From: Archaeoglobaceae archaeon
Lineage (GTDB): Archaea > Halobacteriota > Archaeoglobi > Archaeoglobales > Archaeoglobaceae
Assembly: GCA_027036775.1 (NCBI GenBank)
Contig: JALWDS010000044.1
Coordinates: 6,260 to 70,259 of the forward strand
Reading direction: 5' to 3'
DNA: 64,000 nucleotides
Shown: positions 8,337 to 13,818 of the stretch, piece by piece
How the letters are laid out: each line of letters starts with the position of its first letter
Position numbering within the stretch: the first letter of the stretch is position 1
Notes under the pieces: model-generated
The model's database searches: none
What the model was told of the DNA's origin: nothing
What the model saw: only the letters and a program-made list of their open reading frames with translations
Program-made: the position numbers and the translations under genes

Positions 8337-8590
8337 GACAACACCAAAATGGATTAGAGAAGATCTCACTGACCTCCTCCCCGCCCTAAAGGGCGAGAGT
8401 TCCCCACAGGGGAATCGGCTCACATCCGTCTCACGACTGCATTGCTTTCGGTTGGTGTCATTGGGCCGGGTCAGAGCGACCCTCTAAGGAGGTGTTAAGA
8501 TGGGGGAGAATAAAAACATTTCGGAAAGAGCGGGCTTTCCTTCCCGCCTTGAAAGGCGAGTCTTCCAGCCCGCAAACTCGGTGATGAGAA
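8337..8590 (+). ncRNA. GC-rich structured RNA candidate, family unknown (strand tentative)
   Basis: A GC-rich segment of about 250 nt sits inside an ORF-free, very AT-rich spacer. Hairpins: 8382-8395 (CGCCC/GGGCG), 8400-8414 (UUCCCC-ACA-GGGGAA), 8468-8482 (GGGUC/GACCC), and a nested helix 8530-8573 (GCGGGC/GCCCGC around CGCC-UUGAAA-GGCG). A possible closing helix pairs 8341-8347 with 8453-8459. There is an internal duplication (8375-8403 versus 8538-8566, 23/29). A TATA-like TTATAAA lies at 8314-8320. Confidence 0.4.
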
Positions 8591-8639
8591 AAAACACTAA
8601 AGAAGCTAAGCATATACTGAGCTTAATTCTTATGGGTAT

Positions 8640-9170
8640 TTATCTTCTTACAGTATCGATATAGGAGTTAATATTGTAGCGACCGGTGTAATAGACATAT
8701 AAGTAGTTTGGTTTGCCTACGTATTTTCCGGAAAATGGATTGAGGTATTTGTCTCTGTAGGATTTGCAATCGAAATTCTTAACAGTAACTATCATTGAAG
8801 GTGTGGCGAATCTTGGATAAGCTGGAGTTTCTACTGAAAATTTGTCATCTAATATTTTAGCGCAGTCCATGTACTCTTTTCTTAGTGGTAGATCCACCTC
8901 ATTGCCTCTGGCTATAATCTTGCAGAATGTTACATTTACATATTTCGTAAGATTTCTGGCAATCTTAAGTGCTTCTTTATCTGCGGGGGTGTTTGCATAG
9001 AAGAAATATACATGGATTGTTTGGTTTGGATAGAGTCTATCTCTGAGTTTAGGTGTTAAGGTTTGAGTTGGAAAATTGGTAATTATTTTTGTAGTTGTGC
9101 AAGGAGTTACAGTAAAATGTGGAATTGTTTTCTCGGTGTGGTTTATAGTAGGTGTTATTATCTTCTTCAA
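8640..9170 (-). CDS. Hypothetical protein, thioredoxin-fold-like without CxxC (paralog of 9245-9937)
   Basis: 176 aa with a TTG start and no ATG near the 5' end. LYPNQTIHVYFFYAN and PSMIVTVKNFDCKSYRDKY align with LNPNNVKMIIYADSR and PSIILIMKNGSYKTYSGLDSYKDY of the divergent neighbour. Confidence 0.45.
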   Translation of the reverse strand: MKKIITPTINHTEKTIPHFTVTPCTTTKIITNFPTQTLTPKLRDRLYPNQTIHVYFFYANTPADKEALKIARNLTKYVNVTFCKIIARGNEVDLPLRKEYMDCAKILDDKFSVETPAYPRFATPSMIVTVKNFDCKSYRDKYLNPFSGKYVGKPNYLYVYYTGRYNINSYIDTVRR

Positions 9171-9244
9171 CGATTATTGGTTTTCTGCACGTGAAATAGT
9201 AGATCCTATTCTACTGGGGAACAAATGAAAAATATACGGTACCA

Positions 9245-9937
9245 ATGTCAATAGACTGGCTATACGCTCAGATTACCGGCAAATTCCCCAAACCACCAGC
9301 TTACGCTAATAGAACATACCACGTTTACAACGAGGAATCGGAGAACATTACCGCTTTAGTCCTTGGCCCCAACTACATTCCAGAACCTATAACACCTCTC
9401 AACCCTAACAACGTTAAGATGATTATCTACGCGGATTCGAGAGGGATAAACGATGAATTCTTCATACCCTTGATGGACAACTACACGAAGAAAATAAGAG
9501 AAATAATACCAAATGCAAAATTCATCAAGATAGTAGACTGGAGCGCTTATTACCACCGCAAATACATAATCACTGATCCACCCGGATATGAGAACTATTG
9601 GGACAAGTATGTTATACCATGCACTAAATTTTACGATTATAGATCAAACAAATGGCTCCTAGACTTTCCAAGCATAATTCTAATTATGAAAAACGGTTCC
9701 TACAAGACCTACTCTGGATTGGATTCCTATAAAGATTACTTTGAAGTTGTAAGGAGTACTGGATACAGAGACAACCTAATAGCACACCCACCAATTGACA
9801 AGTTATTCTTAGATATTAAAGCATACTACGAAAAAAAGAAAGATACTGCCAAAGTCGAAATGATCAATAAAGTAATCAAAGAACTAAAAGAAATTAAAGA
9901 AATAATCAAAGAAAACTACGATAAACAACATCCATAA
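9245..9937 (+). CDS. Hypothetical protein, thioredoxin-fold-like without CxxC, with a Lys/Glu-rich C-terminal helix
   Basis: 230 aa. Divergently transcribed from its paralog across a 74-bp spacer. Confidence 0.5.
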   Translation: MSIDWLYAQITGKFPKPPAYANRTYHVYNEESENITALVLGPNYIPEPITPLNPNNVKMIIYADSRGINDEFFIPLMDNYTKKIREIIPNAKFIKIVDWSAYYHRKYIITDPPGYENYWDKYVIPCTKFYDYRSNKWLLDFPSIILIMKNGSYKTYSGLDSYKDYFEVVRSTGYRDNLIAHPPIDKLFLDIKAYYEKKKDTAKVEMINKVIKELKEIKEIIKENYDKQHP

Positions 9938-9984
9938 TTTTTTATAACTTTCAATATTTTACTTTTTTAATTAATTTAACTTTT

Positions 9985-10060
9985 TTACGAATAAAAATTA
10001 ACAATGTTTTCTAAACATTTTAAAATTTTTTTCACCCCGAAAACCAAGCGGAGGTGAGAA
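9985..10060 (+). promoter_or_regulatory. Repeated promoter/5' module, copy B
   Basis: The 32-nt box (9985-10016) is 31/32 identical to copy A. It is followed by TATA-like TTTTAAAAT and TTCACCCCGAAAACCAAGCGGAGGTGAGAA. The GTG inside GGTGAG (10054) is the start of the downstream ORF. Confidence 0.7.
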
Positions 10061-10353
10061 TTACGAGACTGCACGGTTTCGACGTCGAGGACGAGAAGTG
10101 CGACGGTTGCGGATGGAGAGTTAGCAAGCTTTACGTCCTCGAAGATTCGAAAGAGAATGCGAAAAAAATGCTGAACGAGATAGGATTGTGCGCTCATTGT
10201 ATCTGCGACCTCCTCGAAGAGAACGACTACCTCATAGTGCGAGACCTCGTAAAGCTCGAATGTCCGGAGTGCAAAAGAAGATTCCTTATCGAGACGAATT
10301 ACGAAGGAAACGTAACGTGTCCGTACTGCGGAGAGCTCGTCGAGTCCAATTAA
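10054..10353 (+). CDS. Double zinc-ribbon protein, unknown function
   Basis: 99 aa with a GTG start. Four Cys pairs: CDGC, CAHC, CPEC, CPYC. Confidence 0.55.
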   Translation: MRITRLHGFDVEDEKCDGCGWRVSKLYVLEDSKENAKKMLNEIGLCAHCICDLLEENDYLIVRDLVKLECPECKRRFLIETNYEGNVTCPYCGELVESN

Positions 10354-10380
10354 CTTATCACGATTTTTTATTTTACAATT

Positions 10381-10431
10381 TTTATTTATAGTTTTTTTCC
10401 ACCCCAAACCCGAGCGGAGGTGAGAAAAGAA
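10381..10431 (+). promoter_or_regulatory. Repeated promoter/5' module, copy C (lacks the 32-nt box)
   Basis: TATA-like TTTATTTATA (10381-10390) and CCACCCCAAACCCGAGCGGAGGTGAGAA (10399-10426). The following ORF starts MNEMWLRIS, compared with MNEMRIRIL after copy A. Confidence 0.6.
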
Positions 10432-11190
10432 ATGAACGAGATGTGGTTGAGAATCTCGGAAAGAGATTGGCAGAAGTACACGGGAGAAGTTAAGAGCGTC
10501 GAAGCGGGAGTGGAACTAACCCCGGAGTTCGTTAAAAAGGTGAACGAGATTTCGAACGGAAACGTGTTCTTCGTGGAAACGAGGGACGGGATTAAGATTA
10601 CCTACGCTTGCGGTCGCGGAAGTTACTACAAAGCGGAGGAGAAACTCAGAAAGTTAATAGAAAAATTCGTAATAGAACGGATAGCTAAGAACAACTACGA
10701 AAGAATCGGAGAGAACATGATTAAGATAAAAGAACCGATCACAACGGAGAACGTCGATCTAACTGAATTCAGCGAACTGATTAAGAAAATCGAAGAGGAA
10801 ATCAAGAGAGAGGAAGAAATTAAAAGGAAGATAAAAGAACTCAGAAAGAGGTTAGAGGAAAAACTTTCCCAGAAGATCGATAACTACGAGATTCGCAGTA
10901 ACGGGATCGACGTCACGATAAAGGGTGTAACGATCTATGTTCCGTTCAAGGACTTGGAAGAAGCTATCAAAGAGGTCGAAAACCTCGAAGAAAAGATAAT
11001 TGAGAAGCTAAAGAAAGAAATCGAATACCTCAAGAAGGAACGTGCGGAGATCGAAAGAAAGTACGAAAAGTTGTGCGAATTCGTAAGGAACAAGGGCTTA
11101 ACTAAAGATTTTCTCGAATTCTTAAAGGAAGAAAGGGAGAAAGAGGTCGAAGAGGACGTAATGGACGAGTTCGAGGAAATCTTCTACTAA
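10432..11190 (+). CDS. Coiled-coil protein, unknown function
   Basis: Start refined to the ATG at 10432 (the track uses the GTG at 10420). A globular N-domain of about 100 aa is followed by long Glu/Lys heptad-like repeats. Confidence 0.6.
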   Translation: MNEMWLRISERDWQKYTGEVKSVEAGVELTPEFVKKVNEISNGNVFFVETRDGIKITYACGRGSYYKAEEKLRKLIEKFVIERIAKNNYERIGENMIKIKEPITTENVDLTEFSELIKKIEEEIKREEEIKRKIKELRKRLEEKLSQKIDNYEIRSNGIDVTIKGVTIYVPFKDLEEAIKEVENLEEKIIEKLKKEIEYLKKERAEIERKYEKLCEFVRNKGLTKDFLEFLKEEREKEVEEDVMDEFEEIFY

Positions 11191-11207
11191 TTTTTTACGG
11201 AGCGAGT

Positions 11208-11228
11208 GATTAACCGTGGCGGTTAATC
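11208..11228. repeat. Island palindrome copy 7: GATTAACC-GTGGC-GGTTAATC
   Basis: Perfect arms, 17 nt after the stop at 11190. Confidence 0.9.
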
Positions 11229-11357
11229 AAACTGATAATAATAAGATACAAGTATAAATTTTACAGATTTACGAGGAGAAATTAACAGAACGAGGAGTTA
11301 ACGATTATTCAAGGAGTTTTTGATCTTTTAACCCCTTTTTAGTGGTTTTCGCAGAGT

Positions 11358-11378
11358 TATTAACTATAGCGGTTAGTC
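11358..11378. repeat. Island palindrome copy 8 (degenerate): TATTAACT-ATAGC-GGTTAGTC
   Basis: 5/8 arm complementarity but the same spacing and the same TTAAC/GGTTA cores. Confidence 0.55.
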
Positions 11379-11402
11379 AGAAGTTCGACGATTTCAAAAC
11401 TT

Positions 11403-11424
11403 TCGAGTGGTGTTCACCACTCGA
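11403..11424. repeat. 22-bp perfect palindrome TCGAGTGGTG-TT-CACCACTCGA flanked by a 12-nt direct repeat
   Basis: 10-bp arms. The direct repeat TCGACGATTTCA occurs at 11385-11396 and 11421-11432. Confidence 0.85.
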
Positions 11425-11457
11425 CGATTTCACGATTGTCGATTTGGAGTCGAAACT

Positions 11458-11478
11458 GGTTAACCACTACGGTTATTC
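11458..11478. repeat. Island palindrome copy 9: GGTTAACC-ACTAC-GGTTATTC
   Basis: 24 nt beyond the vapC stop codon. Confidence 0.85.
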
Positions 11479-11502
11479 AATGTAGTGTGGCTTAGGTGCT
11501 CT

Positions 11503-11895
11503 TCACCTTATCCAGAGTATGTCGGGATAAACACCCTCAAATTCTCTATCACCCGTGACTATAATTCCTTTTTTATCGATAGCTGTTGCGACGACGAAGG
11601 CATCCGCATAAGATAGACTATGCATAGCTTTAATCCTCCCGGCAGTTAAAGCTAAGCTCTCATTAACTTCTACGAACTCAATCGGCAACCTTTTTACAAT
11701 TGCTACGGCTTCATTAGCCTTTGCCATTCCAAATTCTCTTGCAACTATATAATAGACCTCTCCGAGATTAACGTAGTTCATGAACAGCTTTATTTCACCT
11801 TTCTCGGCCTTATCGATGATTTCTTCAACTTTATCTGCTCCTTCTTCGTTACCGAGATACGCAAGAATGGCAAAGCTATCTAAAACGTAATTCAT
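11503..11895 (-). CDS. vapC: PIN-domain toxin VapC
   Basis: 130 aa. Has the PIN acidic residues (N-terminal D in MNYVLDSFAIL, internal E, C-terminal D in YADAF and TGD). Overlaps vapB by 4 nt. Confidence 0.85.
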   Translation of the reverse strand: MNYVLDSFAILAYLGNEEGADKVEEIIDKAEKGEIKLFMNYVNLGEVYYIVAREFGMAKANEAVAIVKRLPIEFVEVNESLALTAGRIKAMHSLSYADAFVVATAIDKKGIIVTGDREFEGVYPDILWIR

Positions 11896-12122
11896 CTTTT
11901 CATCTCCCTCTCTTTCTCCTCCTTCTTATATTCGCTAATTATCTCATCTAACTTTCTCTTAAACTTTAGAAATCCTCTCCCTTTAGTCTTAGGAATAGGA
12001 ACGATAACTATTTCACCCCCAAAATCTAAAATCTCCACTTCGTTCCCAGCTTCAATCCCATACTTCCTCCTCAATTCAGCTGGCAGAACTATCTGTCCCT
12101 TAGTTGAAATTTTAACTGGCAT
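11892..12122 (-). CDS. vapB: AbrB/SpoVT-family antitoxin VapB
   Basis: 76 aa. MPVKISTKGQIVLPAELRRKYGIEAGNEVEI is a typical looped-hinge-helix N-terminus. Confidence 0.85.
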   Translation of the reverse strand: MPVKISTKGQIVLPAELRRKYGIEAGNEVEILDFGGEIVIVPIPKTKGRGFLKFKRKLDEIISEYKKEEKEREMKR

Positions 12123-12166
12123 ACCATCACCGTATAACGTTTTACCAATTTAGATATATGTTTTAC

Positions 12167-12182
12167 TTTACGGTTATTCAAG
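12167..12182. repeat. Island palindrome, right half only (TTTACGGTTATTCAAG)
   Basis: Matches the right half plus flank of copies 5 and 9. Lies 45-60 nt upstream of the vapB ATG. Confidence 0.5.
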
Positions 12183-12268
12183 GTAGAAAGAGCTATTCCG
12201 AGGGTTGATTAAGGGGTTGATGTCTGTTCTATTGAGAGTTTGGGGGGTTTAAAGCAGTTTCTGAAAAG

Positions 12269-13408
12269 CTATAGCGAGCTATAACATTTATATGCGTGTT
12301 TGATACCTTTTAAAGCGATAACGTAAGCGGAGGCGGTATGTTTATCCACACCTAACTTTTTCATCAGCTTTTCACCGATCTTACTCGTATTAGCTGGATT
12401 GACGTAAGAAGTTTTCAAACCGTATAAAGGTGCTTTCAATCTAGTCATTTCAATCACTCTGCTTCTAAAGGTTTGAACGGAGTAGTTGTAGTTTTTGCTA
12501 AATCTTCTACCGTTTTTAATCCAGAATAGCTTTAGCTTACCTAAAGCAGACAAATCTTCCAAGTATATTCTGTTTACTCCGTGATGGTAAGCGTACTTTA
12601 GCATTTCATGGATTTTCACACCTATCAAAGACCAAACTCTTCTTCTATGCATATTTCTCGATTTAACTTCTTTAAACCAAAACGTCTTATAATCTCTTAA
12701 TTCTCCGTTTTGATTGACAATTGCAAGGTTTATCCTATCTAAGTTTACGTCAACTCCAGCTACGTTTTTACCTTTCGGTTGATCGTGCCTTCTCATAATT
12801 TCCAAATAAAAGTCGTAGTCCACTGTAACTTGAACTTCACCATGTGTAAACAGAACTCCTTTGCGGTTACCAAATTGCTTCAATACAATCCTTGCATAAT
12901 AAGGTTGCATGTAGAACCATAAGTTTCCAAGTATTGGTTCATATCTCTTTGGAATTGTCGGTTCAACGATTACGTAGGATTTATTACCTTCAAAATCGAA
13001 TGTTAGAATTCTGAAGGATCCGTCTCCTTGGATCTTGATGTTCTGATTCATCTTTTTACTTTCCCCTTCACACTGAAACAATAACCAATTATTCCAGCTT
13101 ACGTCTTCTAATTTAACTTCGTCGAATCCAAATTCTTTGTACAATCGGTTCAACTCGTTGACAGACTCGATAACTCCGTAAACTAAATCTATCGCACCGT
13201 CAACGTATCTCCTGTTCGGTAGAATTTCGTAACCGACCTTTCGATACCTCTTATACATCGAAAATTGAGATAATGGTGGTTTACCATCTTTCAAAAACTC
13301 GTTAAAGACTTTCAGCGCTACCACTCTAAAAAGCTTAGCTGTTGAAATCAGTTTTCTCGCTATATCTCCAGATGCGTTGAACGGTAAGGTTAGGGTTATA
13401 TGTTCCAT
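12269..13408 (-). CDS. TnpB-like (IS605 OrfB-type) RuvC nuclease lacking the zinc-ribbon domain
   Basis: About 379 aa from the ATG at 13408 (the track uses the TTG at 13426). RuvC-I is VAGVDVNLDRINLAIV, RuvC-II is RIYLEDLS, RuvC-III is VNPANTSKIGEKLMKKLGVDKHTASAYVIA. No CxxC...CxxC is present between the TSK and DKH segments, where TnpB normally has its zinc finger. TATA TTTATAAA (13431-13438) lies at -30 to -23 of the ATG, suggesting a leaderless mRNA. Confidence 0.65.
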   Translation of the reverse strand: MEHITLTLPFNASGDIARKLISTAKLFRVVALKVFNEFLKDGKPPLSQFSMYKRYRKVGYEILPNRRYVDGAIDLVYGVIESVNELNRLYKEFGFDEVKLEDVSWNNWLLFQCEGESKKMNQNIKIQGDGSFRILTFDFEGNKSYVIVEPTIPKRYEPILGNLWFYMQPYYARIVLKQFGNRKGVLFTHGEVQVTVDYDFYLEIMRRHDQPKGKNVAGVDVNLDRINLAIVNQNGELRDYKTFWFKEVKSRNMHRRRVWSLIGVKIHEMLKYAYHHGVNRIYLEDLSALGKLKLFWIKNGRRFSKNYNYSVQTFRSRVIEMTRLKAPLYGLKTSYVNPANTSKIGEKLMKKLGVDKHTASAYVIALKGIKHAYKCYSSL

Positions 13409-13462
13409 ATTTGGATATTCCACCAAAACGTTTATAAATCTATCGGTTGTTAGTATTAACGT

Positions 13463-13506
13463 GCCCCGACCGTTCCGAGACCCGTAGGAGAACTGCGGTG
13501 AGGGGC
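13463..13506 (+). other. GC-rich hairpin (GCCCC..ACCG / CGGU..GGGGC)
   Basis: Pairings: 13463-13467 with 13502-13506, 13469-13472 with 13496-13499, and an apical 13473-13476 with 13487-13490. Starts about 23 nt downstream (plus strand) of the palindromic TATA at 13431-13438. Confidence 0.5.
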
Positions 13507-13527
13507 GTCGGGTGTCCGTGATGACTG

Positions 13528-13572
13528 TCTCCGCTACAGAAAGTTATAGATTAATACAATATGTAGCGGAGA
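13528..13572. repeat. Perfect 11-bp inverted repeat TCTCCGCTACA / TGTAGCGGAGA with a 23-nt AT-rich loop
   Basis: Arms at 13528-13538 and 13562-13572. It straddles the stop codon of the truncated thioredoxin ORF. Confidence 0.85.
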
Positions 13573-13747
13573 TCCAGAACGGTATGGCTACAACACCGAA
13601 ACTCCTTGCAAGTTCTCTGTTTTCCAAGACGTTTACTTTGATCAGTTCGACATCTCTAAAACCTTTCAGGACCTCTTCGAGGATATTTTCAACGTCTCTG
13701 CACGACTTGCACCTTGGCGAGTAGAACTCCACCACGACCTTTTTCAT
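13544..13747 (-). CDS. Small thioredoxin/glutaredoxin-like protein, C-terminally truncated or replaced
   Basis: Start refined to MKKVVVEFYSPRCKSC (ATG 13745-13747), because the track's N-terminal extension overlaps the tRNA. A CKSC redox motif and SFGVVAIP are present. The usual segment of about 20-25 aa after the cis-Pro is replaced by 11 unrelated residues (FWISATYCINL) encoded by the inverted repeat. Confidence 0.6.
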   Translation of the reverse strand: MKKVVVEFYSPRCKSCRDVENILEEVLKGFRDVELIKVNVLENRELARSFGVVAIPFWISATYCINL

Positions 13748-13818
13748 GTCGTTCGTTAGGTTCCACCATATAAAACTCAACCGAAAACGATATATTTTCT
13801 CCGAATTACTAATAATGA

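Larger units (their letters stand above)
12123..13580 (-). mobile_element. Possible tnpB-only IS200/IS605-like element (ends not defined)
   Basis: Contains the TnpB-like gene. An 11-bp-stem hairpin and a GC-rich hairpin lie at the 5' side. The right boundary coincides with the point where the neighbouring thioredoxin ORF loses homology. No tnpA, no terminal inverted repeats, and no matching hairpin seen at the 3' side. Confidence 0.3.

Noticed and set aside
8530-8576. H/ACA-like guide hairpin: 6-bp lower stem, 9+9-nt internal loop, upper stem, then AAA 15 nt after the pocket.
   Set aside because: The upper stem is only 4 bp with no recognisable K-turn or K-loop, and the 3' box is AAA rather than ACA. 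Too weak to call.
8581-8620. C/D box sRNA (GTGATGA at 8581-8587, CTGA at 8617-8620).
   Set aside because: The distance between the putative C and D boxes (about 40 nt) is too short for two guide regions. No C'/D' boxes or terminal stem were seen.
4227-11190. c-type cytochrome substrates next to the CcmF-like gene.
   Set aside because: No CxxCH motif is present in any ORF of the block. The Cys pairs in 10054-10353 are zinc-ribbon-type CxxC without a following His.
1483-12182. Classical integron (attC array).
   Set aside because: No IntI-like recombinase or attI is in the window. The palindromes are only 21 bp, whereas attC sites are more than 55 bp with extrahelical bases. Cassette orientation is mixed. 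Only the looser idea of recombinase core sites is kept as a hypothesis.
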